From an uncultured Gammaproteobacteria bacterium (lineage in GTDB: Bacteria > Patescibacteriota > Microgenomatia > Levybacterales > UBA12049), in assembly GCA_964490105.1 (NCBI GenBank), contig CAZAZU010000001.1, forward strand, positions 498,361 through 562,360: a stretch of DNA of 64,000 nt. The letters run 5' to 3'. The first letter of the stretch is position 1; each line of letters starts with the position of its first letter. The position numbers and the translations under genes were made by a program. Positions 8,441 to 18,643 of this stretch are shown piece after piece. Below the pieces are notes generated by a model, which was not told the DNA's origin, searched no databases, and saw only the letters and a list, made by a program, of their open reading frames with translations.

Positions 8441-10095
8441 TTCCTCTTCAGGTCTTTAATTTTTAGCTCTATTTTTTTATTTCCATTCCACTCATTTAAT
8501 TCAATCGAATAAACGACGTCCACTAAATCTCCAATTTTTAGATCCAGATTTTTATCAAAGTTAAATAAAATTCCGCTGATCTTAATTTCATCTTTGCTAA
8601 ACTCAAGCTTAACGTGTTTGCTTTCTTTTCCTACAAACTTCATCGCTGCGATTTCCAAACTCTTACTTAAAAAAACTGGTGCGGGATTTTTCATTCCAAA
8701 AGGTTCAAGTTTTAATAATTCTTCATACAGATCTAAATTAACTAACTCAATCGGCAGTTCGCAATCAATTTTTAATTTTCGAATTAAATGATCACTTGAG
8801 ATTAATTTTTCTGCGAGTTCTTCAAGCTTCTTCTCCAGAAGCTCCAGTTTTTTTGTTTCTACTGTAAAACCTGCCGCCATAGGATGTCCGCCGGCATCTA
8901 CTAAAAATTCCGAAGCCTCCCTTATGAATTCGATAATATTAAGACCTGACACAGAACGCGCAGATGCTTTACTAAATTCTTCTCCCTTTGAAAGAACAAT
9001 TGAAGGTAAATAAAATTCCTCTGTTAAACGGCCTGCCACCAAACCGATAACTCCCGGCTGATAACTTTCATGATAAACAAATAATAGTTTTTTTGAAATT
9101 TTACCTGAAACCGCGTCTTTTGCATGCTCTACTGCTTGTGCTGTAATCTGCTGCCTATTTCTATTCGTTTCTCCAATTGTCCTAGCTAAATCTTTTGCTT
9201 TCTTAGCGTCTTTTGTACATAAAAGCCTCAAGCTATCCATCCCCTCTTCAAGACGCCCCATCGCATTTAGTCGGGGTGCAATAATATGTCCAATTTCATA
9301 AGTCCCTATTTTTTTAGGATCTAACGTCGCCTCTTCAAATAATGAAACCAGGCCAACCCTATCTGTATTTCTTAAAACAGGTAAGCCATTTTTTACAATT
9401 ATTCTATTAAATTCAGTTAGTGGAACTAAATCTGCGACAGTCGCAATTGTAACTAAATCTAAATGTTTCTTAAGATCTGTTTTTCCATTTATTTTTTCTT
9501 CTAAAAATCTGGAGAGAAACCACCCAACCGCTGATCCGCAGACTTTAGTTGAATGAACTATAGAATGTGCTTTTGGGAGTTTCTTAGAAGGGACGTGATG
9601 ATCTGTAATTATTACATCGATTCCTAAACTATTTGCAAATTCAGTTCCCTCAAATGCCACTATTCCGTTATCCACTGTTACAACCAATTTCGTATCTGGG
9701 AATTTCCCCATCATTCCTTCTACGCCTTTTTTTGATAGCCCATACCCCTCCGTTATTCTGTTGGGAATATACGGCATCACATTTGCTCCTAGTGTATTTA
9801 AAGATTCCCAAAGAATAGCAGCGCCAGTTATTCCATCAGCATCATAATCTCCAAAAACAATTATCAGCTCCTTTTTTTCTATCGCGGTTTTAATTCTTTT
9901 GAGAGTTTTTGTAAGATCAACTTTACTAATACCGAGAAGATTAATGTCTAAGTCAGATAGTTTTGGATCTAAGAATTTTTCAATTTCTTTTTTAGTTTTT
10001 ATCCCTCTATTCTCTAGAAGTAAACTTATCAAGTCATCAATTCTTAATTCATGATTCTTAATTCTTGATTCACTTAATAGGTCCCACTTTTTCAT
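8437..10095 (-). CDS. recJ: Single-stranded DNA exonuclease RecJ
   Basis: GDYDADG, VDNG, TDHH, ATVADLVPL, PRLNAMGR, GGHPMAAG. Confidence 0.96.
   Translation of the reverse strand: MKKWDLLSESRIKNHELRIDDLISLLLENRGIKTKKEIEKFLDPKLSDLDINLLGISKVDLTKTLKRIKTAIEKKELIIVFGDYDADGITGAAILWESLNTLGANVMPYIPNRITEGYGLSKKGVEGMMGKFPDTKLVVTVDNGIVAFEGTEFANSLGIDVIITDHHVPSKKLPKAHSIVHSTKVCGSAVGWFLSRFLEEKINGKTDLKKHLDLVTIATVADLVPLTEFNRIIVKNGLPVLRNTDRVGLVSLFEEATLDPKKIGTYEIGHIIAPRLNAMGRLEEGMDSLRLLCTKDAKKAKDLARTIGETNRNRQQITAQAVEHAKDAVSGKISKKLLFVYHESYQPGVIGLVAGRLTEEFYLPSIVLSKGEEFSKASARSVSGLNIIEFIREASEFLVDAGGHPMAAGFTVETKKLELLEKKLEELAEKLISSDHLIRKLKIDCELPIELVNLDLYEELLKLEPFGMKNPAPVFLSKSLEIAAMKFVGKESKHVKLEFSKDEIKISGILFNFDKNLDLKIGDLVDVVYSIELNEWNGNKKIELKIKDLKRN
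10039..10073 (-). repeat. Five degenerate heptamer tandem repeats inside the recJ 5' end
   Basis: Plus strand AATTCTT-AATTCAT-GATTCTT-AATTCTT-GATTCAC; encodes ESRIKNHELRI. Confidence 0.7.
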
Positions 10096-10125
10096 CTGCT
10101 ATACTATATCAGAGCGCTAATTTTA

Positions 10126-11487
10126 ATGAAAGATTTGATTCCGCCAAGTGTCTTAAAAATCCATGACAGTCTTGAAAAAAACAATTTTGAAGCATATTTT
10201 GTAGGTGGATCTGTAAGAAACATTATTCTTAATTTACCCGTAAAAGATTGGGATCTTACGACCAATGCAACACCCGAAGAAATTCTCAAACTTTTTCCAG
10301 ATGGATATTATAATAATGAATTCGGAACTGTTGGGGTTCCATTAAATGACCAAACAGTTGTAGAAATAACAACTTATAGAACCGAGCAGGGTTTTTCAAA
10401 CAAAAGACATCCCGATAAAGTCGCTTGGGGAAAAACAATTGAAGAAGATTTAAGCAGACGCGATTTTACAATTAATGCTATTGCACTTCGTTTTCCTAAG
10501 GATAAACAGTCAGATCCAGAATTTATTGATCCATATGACGGAAAGACGGATATTAAAAATAAAATCATTAGAACTGTTGGTGCGCCCTCGGAACGATTCA
10601 AAGAAGACGCGCTAAGACTGTTAAGAGCGATTAGGTTTGCAACAGTCCTTTCATTTGACATAGATGCCGAAACAGGAAAAGAACTTGTCGAAGATGCACC
10701 GCTTATCCAACAAATTTCCTTTGAAAGAATTAGAGACGAATTATTAAAAATTTTAGCAAGTGAAAATCCATCTAAGGGGGTTTTACTTTTAAAGGATGCA
10801 GGACTTTTGAGGTTTATAATTCCAGAGCTTTTGGAGGGAGTAAATGTTTCTCAAGTTCGTCCTGGACGTCATCACACTACAGATGTTTTTACACATAATA
10901 TTTTGTCACTTAAGTTCTGCCCATCCACTGATCCTATCGTTAGATTTGCGACATTAATTCACGATGTCGGAAAACCAAAAGTAAAAGGTGAAGATAAAGA
11001 CGGATTAGTTACTTTTTATAATCACGAAGTAGCTGGCGCAAAAATTGCTTACGATATTTGTGAAAGATTAAAATTTTCCAAGATTGACCGGAATAGAGTG
11101 ATTAATCTAATAAGATGGCACATGTTTTCTGTGGATGACAAAATAACTGATGCTGCAGTCAGAAGATTTATTAGAAGAATTGGTGTAGAAAATGTTAAAG
11201 ATTTAATAGATTTAAGAATTGGCGATAGATTAGGAAGCGGAACTGAAACAGCTGAAAGCTGGCGCCTTAAATTATTTAAAGACAGGATAGAAAAAGAGCT
11301 TGCGCCTGCTGCATTCTCAATAAATGATTTAAAAATAGACGGAAACGATGTAATGAAAATCTTAAACATTAAACCAGGTAAGGAAATTGGAGAAATTTTA
11401 GAAAAATTATTTGAAGAAACGGATGAAGATCAATCAAAAAACACTAAAGAGTATTTAACTAAAAGAGTGAAAGAAATCGCTGCATGA
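10126..11487 (+). CDS. cca: CCA tRNA nucleotidyltransferase with HD domain
   Basis: VGGSVRN, KDWDLTT, DLSRRDFTINA, EDALRLLRAIRF, LIHDVGKP. Confidence 0.92.
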   Translation: MKDLIPPSVLKIHDSLEKNNFEAYFVGGSVRNIILNLPVKDWDLTTNATPEEILKLFPDGYYNNEFGTVGVPLNDQTVVEITTYRTEQGFSNKRHPDKVAWGKTIEEDLSRRDFTINAIALRFPKDKQSDPEFIDPYDGKTDIKNKIIRTVGAPSERFKEDALRLLRAIRFATVLSFDIDAETGKELVEDAPLIQQISFERIRDELLKILASENPSKGVLLLKDAGLLRFIIPELLEGVNVSQVRPGRHHTTDVFTHNILSLKFCPSTDPIVRFATLIHDVGKPKVKGEDKDGLVTFYNHEVAGAKIAYDICERLKFSKIDRNRVINLIRWHMFSVDDKITDAAVRRFIRRIGVENVKDLIDLRIGDRLGSGTETAESWRLKLFKDRIEKELAPAAFSINDLKIDGNDVMKILNIKPGKEIGEILEKLFEETDEDQSKNTKEYLTKRVKEIAA

Positions 11488-11519
11488 TATATCGATATAT
11501 CGATATATCGATATATAAT
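11486..11519. repeat. (GATATATC)x3 palindromic octamer array ending in TATAAT
   Basis: GATATATC at 11486, 11494 and 11502, then GATATATAAT. Confidence 0.85.
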
Positions 11520-11580
11520 TCAACTTCGCCTCTTTTTTTATATTTTTTGCTACAAATATTTAATATGGTATTATCTATTC

Positions 11581-12498
11581 ATGACTAAAAATGTTCTGGA
11601 GGTTAAGAATCTCACGAAAAAATTTGGACAGTTCACTGCAGTTGATGACGTTTCTTTTTCTTTAAAAGAAGGAGAAATTTTGGGACTTTTAGGACCAAAT
11701 GGTGCTGGAAAAACTACAAGTATCTATATGCTATTAGATGTGATGTCGCCAACTAGCGGAGACATATTATATTTTGGAAAATCATTTAAAAAAGACCGAA
11801 GCGGAATTCTTAAAAAAATTAATTATTCTTCAGCATATATTTCACTCCCATGGTTTTTTACAATTGATCAAGTCCTTTCTGTTTTTGCTGATCTATATGA
11901 AGTTCCAAACAAGAAAAAAAGAATAGATAAACTTTTAGAAGAATTCGAAATAATTCATCTTAGGAAAAAAGCAGTTCACACACTTTCGGCTGGTGAAAGA
12001 GCTAGGCTTTTATTAACAAAGGCTTTTATAAATTATCCGGAAATAATTTTACTTGACGAGCCTACTGCTTCCCTTGATCCTGACATAGCAGTAAAAATAA
12101 GACAATTTTTAAAAAAAGAACAAAAAGAATATAAAGTTAGCATGTTATTTACATCTCACAACATGACAGAAGTTGAGGAAATGTGTGACCGTGTAATTTT
12201 TCTAAATCATGGAAAAATAATGGCAGAAGATACTCCGGAAAATCTTGCAAGAAAAATCACTGATTCAAACATCGAACTTTTAATCAAAGACTCTGGAATT
12301 GCTGAAAAATATTTTCAAAAAAACAATATTAATTTCTCTAAAGAAAAAAATATTTTCAATCTAAACATAAAAACCGATGAGATATCAAAAATTCTTACAG
12401 CTCTTGCTGCAGAAAAAATAGAATTCCAAGATATTTCGATTAACAAACCAGACCTGGAAGACTACTTCTTGAAATATTCTAAAGGAGGGAAAAAATGA
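11581..12498 (+). CDS. ABC transporter ATP-binding protein (ABC-2/DrrA type)
   Basis: GPNGAGKT, LSAGE, LLDEPT, H-loop TSH. Confidence 0.93.
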   Translation: MTKNVLEVKNLTKKFGQFTAVDDVSFSLKEGEILGLLGPNGAGKTTSIYMLLDVMSPTSGDILYFGKSFKKDRSGILKKINYSSAYISLPWFFTIDQVLSVFADLYEVPNKKKRIDKLLEEFEIIHLRKKAVHTLSAGERARLLLTKAFINYPEIILLDEPTASLDPDIAVKIRQFLKKEQKEYKVSMLFTSHNMTEVEEMCDRVIFLNHGKIMAEDTPENLARKITDSNIELLIKDSGIAEKYFQKNNINFSKEKNIFNLNIKTDEISKILTALAAEKIEFQDISINKPDLEDYFLKYSKGGKK

Positions 12499-13280
12499 GC
12501 TTACGTAGGATTTATGCTATGAATAAAAGGTATTTTTATACCCTAGTTCATAGTTACGACAGATTATCTGACATGTTTTATTGGCCAATTATGGACATCC
12601 TTATCTGGGGATTAACCGGAATTTATTTCGCAAAACTTAGCACCAATCCAGAAGAAACCACTACAGTTCTATTAACTGGATTAATATTTTGGATAATTAC
12701 CTGGAGAACCCAATATGAAGTAACGGTAAATTTACTTACAGAAATGTGGGATAAAAATTTAGTAAATCTTTTTTCTTCCCCTCTTAAAATGTCTGAATGG
12801 ATCTCCTCAGTAATGATCTATGGGGGAATAAAAATGCTGGCAAGCCTTATATTTTCTGCATCAATTGCCTTCCTTCTTTATAGTTATGATTTCTTTCAAT
12901 TTGGCTGGTGGATAATTCCATTCGCAATTAATCTTTGTATAACAGGATGGGCGATTGGATTTACCGTAGCATCTTTAATTATTAGGTACGGACAAAAGGT
13001 TCAAACTATGGCGTGGACTGGCGCATATATCATAGTTCCTTTTTCAGCTATCTATTATCCAGCAGCTATTCTTCCAGACTGGGCAATCAAAGTTTCTAAG
13101 ATAATTCCGGCTAGTTATGTTTTTGAAGCGATGAGGGAACATATTAAATCTGGAAATGTAAGCCTAGACAAACTGGCGATAAGCTTTGCATTAAGCATTA
13201 CTTATTTGCTATTATCAATCATGCTGTTTACTTGGGCATTTAGAAAAAGTAAACAAAAAGGACTTGGAAGATTAATTTAA
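12495..13280 (+). CDS. ABC-2 type transporter permease
   Basis: Six hydrophobic helices, 'FSAIYYP...LPDW...IIPASY'; ATGA-coupled to the ATPase. Confidence 0.88.
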   Translation: MSLRRIYAMNKRYFYTLVHSYDRLSDMFYWPIMDILIWGLTGIYFAKLSTNPEETTTVLLTGLIFWIITWRTQYEVTVNLLTEMWDKNLVNLFSSPLKMSEWISSVMIYGGIKMLASLIFSASIAFLLYSYDFFQFGWWIIPFAINLCITGWAIGFTVASLIIRYGQKVQTMAWTGAYIIVPFSAIYYPAAILPDWAIKVSKIIPASYVFEAMREHIKSGNVSLDKLAISFALSITYLLLSIMLFTWAFRKSKQKGLGRLI

Positions 13281-13729
13281 TGGATAAAGCAAAACTACAA
13301 CAAGAATTAATTGCAGCAATGAAAGCGCAAGATGAGACCAAAAAGTCTACTGTTCGCATGCTTATTTCCTCTATCAACTACTATCAAATCGAAAAAGGCG
13401 GAGCAGGATATGAGGCAACTCCTGAAGATGTTTTAGCAGTTATCGAAAAAGAAGCTAAAAAAAGACGCGATTCAATCTCAGAGTATCAAAAAGCTGGAAG
13501 ACAAGATTTGGCTGATAAAGAAACCGAAGAGTTAAAGATTCTAGAAGCCTATCTTCCTGAAAAAATGTCAGAAGCAGAAGTTACTAAAATAGTTGAGGAA
13601 ACAATTTCAGAAACTGGCGCTTCGTCAATGGCCGACATGGGAAAACTTATGGGAGCTTTAAATGGAAAACTTAAAGGAAAAGCAGATATGGGAATGGTCT
13701 CAAACTTAGTTCGCTCAAAACTTTCCTAA
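13280..13729 (+). CDS. yqeY: GatB/YqeY domain protein
   Basis: AMKAQD, KEAKKRRDSI, YLPE, DMGKLMG, GKADMG. Confidence 0.9.
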   Translation: MDKAKLQQELIAAMKAQDETKKSTVRMLISSINYYQIEKGGAGYEATPEDVLAVIEKEAKKRRDSISEYQKAGRQDLADKETEELKILEAYLPEKMSEAEVTKIVEETISETGASSMADMGKLMGALNGKLKGKADMGMVSNLVRSKLS

Positions 13730-14635
13730 TTATTCTTTCTTCGCTCTCTTAAGACTCCACTCGTGCCAGACTACAAGAATTGGTGTGGCATTAAATATAG
13801 AGGAATAAGTTCCTGAAATCATTCCGATTATTAGAGCGACCACAAACCAGCGAATACTTTCTCCCCCAAATAAAAGTAATGCGAAAAGAACTAATAGAAC
13901 AGTGATTGAATTATTTAAAGATCTTCCAATTGTTTGAACTATAGAATCATTTGCAACTTTAGCAAAATTCCCTCCCCCATTTTTTTCAAGATTTTCACGC
14001 ATTCTATCAAACACGACAATCGTATCGTGAACGGAAAATCCGATTACCGTAAGAAGCGCTGTAACAAAAAGACTATCAATTTCTACATTTAAGAAATGCC
14101 CTAGGATAGAGAATATTCCGACAACAACTAAAACATCATGCACTAAAGCTACAATTGCTGATATTCCAAAACGGATTGAACTAGCAGGCTTTGGAACTTT
14201 CCTGAAAACTAGAGATATATAAACAACAACAAGAAGAGATGCTACCACCACCGCTTTTAATGCATTTATGGTCGTTTCTTTTCCAATAGTTGGCCCGATC
14301 GTCGAAAACTCCTGCTGCTTTGCATTTTTATATTCTGCCGAAAGATCCTTTACGAATTCGTTGTTCTTTTTTTGATCAATCTCCTCGGTTCTAATAATTG
14401 CTAATTTATTTGAAGTTTCAATTACAGAAACTTTTATATCCTTTTCTTCAAGTGTTTTTCTTAAGAAATCTTTCTGCTCACCTGTAACCTCAGTTGGAAA
14501 TAAGACAGACATCCTAGATCCGCCTGTAAATTCAATTGATAGATTCAATCCATAAAGAACAAGAGAAACTAAACCTGGGACCATTACCAGAAGTGAAATT
14601 GCAAACCATATTTTTTTTCTGCCGATTATATTCAT
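13730..14635 (-). CDS. secF: Protein translocase subunit SecF
   Basis: GLNLSIEFTGG, IGPTIGKE, GFSVHDTIVVFDRMREN, GTYSSIF. Confidence 0.96.
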   Translation of the reverse strand: MNIIGRKKIWFAISLLVMVPGLVSLVLYGLNLSIEFTGGSRMSVLFPTEVTGEQKDFLRKTLEEKDIKVSVIETSNKLAIIRTEEIDQKKNNEFVKDLSAEYKNAKQQEFSTIGPTIGKETTINALKAVVVASLLVVVYISLVFRKVPKPASSIRFGISAIVALVHDVLVVVGIFSILGHFLNVEIDSLFVTALLTVIGFSVHDTIVVFDRMRENLEKNGGGNFAKVANDSIVQTIGRSLNNSITVLLVLFALLLFGGESIRWFVVALIIGMISGTYSSIFNATPILVVWHEWSLKRAKKE

Positions 14636-14636
14636 A

Positions 14637-15983
14637 TTATCTGTATGCTAGTTTTAATAATGTTTTTGTAACTGTTATCGCTGAGAACATAGAAACTACA
14701 ACTCCTATTGCCAAGATCAATGCAAAACCTCTCACGATTCCTGTACCAAAACTGTATAAAATTATACAGGTTATTATTGTTGAAACATTTGAATCTCTTA
14801 TTGACATCCAGGCATTCGAAAATCCTAAATCAATTGCCGAAGACTTACTCTTACCCTGCCTCATCTCTTCTTTAATTCTTTCAAAAATAAGAATGTTGGC
14901 GTCAACAGCCATACCAATTGAGAGAATTAAACCTGCGACGCCTGCGAGCGTCAAGGTAATTCCATAGGGAGTTAAGCTGCTTAATTTAAATATTGCCAAA
15001 TTGAAAAGTGTATATAGGAGCAGCGCCACACTAGCTATCACTCCAAGCCTTCCATAAAGAGAAACCATAAATACTACAACTGTTATAAAACCGATAACTC
15101 CAGCTATTAAACTTTTTCGAAGCGATTCCTGACCCAGGGTTGGCCCCACCACATGCTGCTCTAAAACTGTAAGCTTTACTGGAAGCGCTCCTGCGTTAAG
15201 TTGTGTACTTAGCGCTTTTGCTTGTTCCTGCGTAAATCCTCCAGAAATTATAGCGTCTCCTGTTAAAATGACATCGCTAACTGTTGGGGCTGTTAATATC
15301 ATATTATCCAAAACAATAGCTACCGGCTGCTGTAAATTTCTTTCCGTTATTTTTCCAAATTTTTCTTTCCCTTTTGAATCAAACAATAACTGCACCACAG
15401 GAGAACCAGTATTAGGGTCGAATGAAACAACAGCTGAGCTCAGATCTGATCCTGACAAATCCGTCTTCTTAAGAGGTCCGATCCCAGATTCATCAGCATT
15501 AATTGGATACTCACCTGATGCCATAACATCAGCTGCAACAGAAGCAGTCGGCTCCCAGAATGTAAGCTGTGCAGTTGAACCAATAAGATTAATCGCCTGA
15601 CTTACGTCGGTTACTCCAGGAAGCTCGACGATAATCCTTGAATCGTTATTAACCTTTGCAGTCTGGATTAAAGGTTCAGACACTCCAAATAAATTTATGC
15701 GTCTCTCAATTACCTCCCTAGCACTCTCAAGTGCCTGCTCTCGCTCCCCAGCTGGCAATTTCTCAACTTCAGCTTTAAAATTCAGACTTACTCCACCTTT
15801 TAAATCAAGCCCTTGTCTAAAAGAAATTTCCTTTGGAATATTTAGCCTTTGAAGAACGAAATTAGAATCATATTTAATGTCTTTAGTAAACCCCGGCAGA
15901 CTAATTCTACCCGGAAGATTCACAAAGGCAGCTAAAAGCGTCAAAACTAGTATAAAAGCAAAAAGGAGCCTGGGATTTTTCAT
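14637..15983 (-). CDS. secD: Protein translocase subunit SecD
   Basis: GLDLKGG, RRINLFGVSEP, GALPV, VGPTLG, GMAVDANILIFERIKEE. Confidence 0.96.
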   Translation of the reverse strand: MKNPRLLFAFILVLTLLAAFVNLPGRISLPGFTKDIKYDSNFVLQRLNIPKEISFRQGLDLKGGVSLNFKAEVEKLPAGEREQALESAREVIERRINLFGVSEPLIQTAKVNNDSRIIVELPGVTDVSQAINLIGSTAQLTFWEPTASVAADVMASGEYPINADESGIGPLKKTDLSGSDLSSAVVSFDPNTGSPVVQLLFDSKGKEKFGKITERNLQQPVAIVLDNMILTAPTVSDVILTGDAIISGGFTQEQAKALSTQLNAGALPVKLTVLEQHVVGPTLGQESLRKSLIAGVIGFITVVVFMVSLYGRLGVIASVALLLYTLFNLAIFKLSSLTPYGITLTLAGVAGLILSIGMAVDANILIFERIKEEMRQGKSKSSAIDLGFSNAWMSIRDSNVSTIITCIILYSFGTGIVRGFALILAIGVVVSMFSAITVTKTLLKLAYR

Positions 15984-16555
15984 GAGAGCATATTCTCTTC
16001 GTCACCAATTAGCATAACACGTGAATCGTAAAGAATGGAGAGGATAAATGGATCTCTTTTCTTTTTTCTAAAATCAAACTCTTCCTCAGTCATTACTGTA
16101 TAGTTTATTTCTGCATCTAATCTCTTTTCTTCTTCACGAACGAGTAATGCAAGTTCTGGTAAAACTACAGCCCCAACTACTAATAAATCTACGTCTTCTG
16201 GTCCTTTTGGAAGACGTCTGGCAAATTTACCTGAAAACATCACATACTTAAGGCGTCCTAATTTTACTCTATTTTTAAGAATATTTTCACCAAGTCCTGC
16301 AGTCTTACTGCCAATTTTTAATAAATCGTAATAAAACTCGTAATTTTTTGAAAGGAAATAATAGACTCTATTAGCTCTGGGCTCTTTAGTTAAAATTCCT
16401 TTTTTTTCTAAATATGAAAGCTCGCGCCTAACTGCATTTATCTCATCCCCAGTGCGTCGTACCAACTCTCTGACATGATACATCTCTGAAGGATTGGACA
16501 GGAATACATTCAGGAGCTTTACGCGGGATCTTGATGTAATAAGATCTGAAAGCAT
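15980..16555 (-). CDS. Winged-HTH plus nucleotidyltransferase-like domain protein
   Basis: HTH 'YHVRELVRRTGDEINAVRRELSYL'; MNT-like 'SGKFAR...EDVDLLVVG'. Confidence 0.7.
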   Translation of the reverse strand: MLSDLITSRSRVKLLNVFLSNPSEMYHVRELVRRTGDEINAVRRELSYLEKKGILTKEPRANRVYYFLSKNYEFYYDLLKIGSKTAGLGENILKNRVKLGRLKYVMFSGKFARRLPKGPEDVDLLVVGAVVLPELALLVREEEKRLDAEINYTVMTEEEFDFRKKKRDPFILSILYDSRVMLIGDEENMLS

Positions 16556-16612
16556 ATGTGAATATTAACAGTTATTTTACTCGATATAAGAGGATTAGTA
16601 AACTATGTCAAA

Positions 16613-17782
16613 CTATTTCACGTCTACAACACCTTCTGTGGGGATTATATGGAACCAGATTTTACCTCTACTAAACTCTATCTCCTCGCCTTCTTCATCT
16701 TTTATTATAGTCTGAGCTGTTCTTGACTTCTTACTCCAGGTTCCCTCAATTTCTTTTCCATCCATGAGTATTACAGCATCCCCGGTACCGACAGTGTCAT
16801 ACAAGAGATGCGCATTATTCTCATAACCATCATTTGCACTACTCTCAACTTGATAAAGAACTACTATATTTTTAGCGGTTACAGGCTTATTCGTATTCCT
16901 ATCCAAGTGCGGGACTCCACCGTTTTTTCTACTGTATTCATTTGAGGTTTTATCATATGTCCAATCGATGAAATATTCGTCATATCCATCCCAATGCTCT
17001 ATGTGAATTGTTTTGGTATTTCCCCTGGATCCGCTTGGAGCATCATCTTTAAATTTATATGGAGTAAAACCCTCGTCCCATGGTGTCCCGTCTTCACCCT
17101 TTACTCCAAGTCCCCTGTCTTTTTCAGCAAATTCCCAAAGCTTACTTGTTGTGGAATACATCGTGTGCTCTGTAGCTGTAGCATGACCTAATCTATTGTA
17201 GTCTCTCCAGAATGTAGGAAATCCTATTGAGAACTGATTTAGGTCATTATATCCGCCCCATCCATAATCATTAATTTGAGACAACGCATCTGCTGGACCT
17301 GGGGTATTTGCGCCTCCTACATGGGCGTACAGAGGGCTGTCGCCATATTCTGATATCCAATCAAGGAAATATGTCCTAGCGCTTCTAATTGGCCCTACCT
17401 GAACTGGAGCATTACAGTAGTAAATGTTTAGAGTTCTTGTTATTCCGCCTTCCGCAACAGCCTCATAAGTTATGTCTGCACCATTAAGGCCTGATTGTGG
17501 CCTAGCGTTTTCGTGATTCTCGATCATTACTCCGAGAGGTCTATGTTTTTCCCACCAGTCTTTTTGCTGCTTAGAATATTTAGCACCATTTAGAGGGCAT
17601 GCTTCAGTCTTTGGAAGAGAATCGTCAAAAACTAATTCCCCATCAGCGCCTTTAGTAGCAGGCGGAATAGGTGAGGTAAATCTTTGTGCTAACGGAGACT
17701 TGGCAAATAAGAAGTATGAGGCGCCAGTTGCTAGTAAATAAACAACAAAAGCAATTAGAATGATCTTTTTATCTTTAAGCAT
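16613..17782 (-). CDS. DUF3048 (YerB-like) membrane-anchored protein
   Basis: RPLGVMIENHENARPQSGL, YEAVAEGGITR, VGPIRSAR. Confidence 0.85.
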   Translation of the reverse strand: MLKDKKIILIAFVVYLLATGASYFLFAKSPLAQRFTSPIPPATKGADGELVFDDSLPKTEACPLNGAKYSKQQKDWWEKHRPLGVMIENHENARPQSGLNGADITYEAVAEGGITRTLNIYYCNAPVQVGPIRSARTYFLDWISEYGDSPLYAHVGGANTPGPADALSQINDYGWGGYNDLNQFSIGFPTFWRDYNRLGHATATEHTMYSTTSKLWEFAEKDRGLGVKGEDGTPWDEGFTPYKFKDDAPSGSRGNTKTIHIEHWDGYDEYFIDWTYDKTSNEYSRKNGGVPHLDRNTNKPVTAKNIVVLYQVESSANDGYENNAHLLYDTVGTGDAVILMDGKEIEGTWSKKSRTAQTIIKDEEGEEIEFSRGKIWFHIIPTEGVVDVK

Positions 17783-17785
17783 AAA

Positions 17786-18256
17786 TTATGATTTCTTTAA
17801 ACTTCCAGCTTCTTTCAAAGCCTTCTTTTCATCATCGGACAGCTCATGCTCTGTGCCTTTACCGTTTATTACTCTCTTAGCATACCATCTAAGACCGGAT
17901 CTAGAATAGAGCCCCGAAATAATCACTCCTGTGTCAGTACTGTCTAATAAGGACAATATGAAACTTTGATCTCCTCCTGTGTCTTTGAATGGATTAAATC
18001 GTAAAAGGCCAACTTTCTGAATATGAAATTGACCCTCTTGTCCTATTCTATCACATAGGATTCGTAACATTTCAATATCCTTTTTTGTTTGAGTTTGCGA
18101 TTTTAAAACATCCTCTAATAATGTCTTCAATCCTTCTTTTCCGACACCTTCTGAGAGCTTATTATAGTGAACAAGCATCCTCCAAAAAAGAATCGTCAGA
18201 AAGACTGTCCAAACAGAAACAACCAATAGTATTATGAGCGTGACGGTTCCCAACAT
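17786..18256 (-). CDS. DUF4446 family protein
   Basis: N-terminal TM, 'QKVGLLRFNPFKDTGGDQSF...LYSR...YAK...LSDDE'. Confidence 0.85.
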   Translation of the reverse strand: MLGTVTLIILLVVSVWTVFLTILFWRMLVHYNKLSEGVGKEGLKTLLEDVLKSQTQTKKDIEMLRILCDRIGQEGQFHIQKVGLLRFNPFKDTGGDQSFILSLLDSTDTGVIISGLYSRSGLRWYAKRVINGKGTEHELSDDEKKALKEAGSLKKS

Positions 18257-18343
18257 TGTGTTCCATTGTTACTCCTTGACAGGCATGATGTCAATAGTGT
18301 ATCTTGCCTTATGTAGCTTTAAATCAAGGCTACAGTCTAAAAA

Positions 18344-18610
18344 ATGGCAAAGAAGAAAACTAGAAAACAAAAGATTCTTGCCGATTCTCGACACATCGTC
18401 TATCACCTTGAAAACGAAACATCTGCTCAAGTAAGTACCCCTCGTGAGAAAAAATCAAAAATAGAGCTTCCAAGCATAACCAGAGCTCCTCAGGTAGCAA
18501 CAATTAGCTCTTACCCACATGTAATTAAAGATCTTAGAAAAACCGGAGTAGTTACCGGTGCAATTCTAATAGCTCAGATAATCCTTTTTATAGTTTTAAA
18601 TAGCATATAA
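18344..18610 (+). CDS. Small basic protein with C-terminal TM
   Basis: 88-aa ORF; TACAGT lies 7 nt before the ATG. Confidence 0.65.
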   Translation: MAKKKTRKQKILADSRHIVYHLENETSAQVSTPREKKSKIELPSITRAPQVATISSYPHVIKDLRKTGVVTGAILIAQIILFIVLNSI

Positions 18611-18643
18611 GTTTTTACTTATATCGAGAGGGGGTGAAATATT

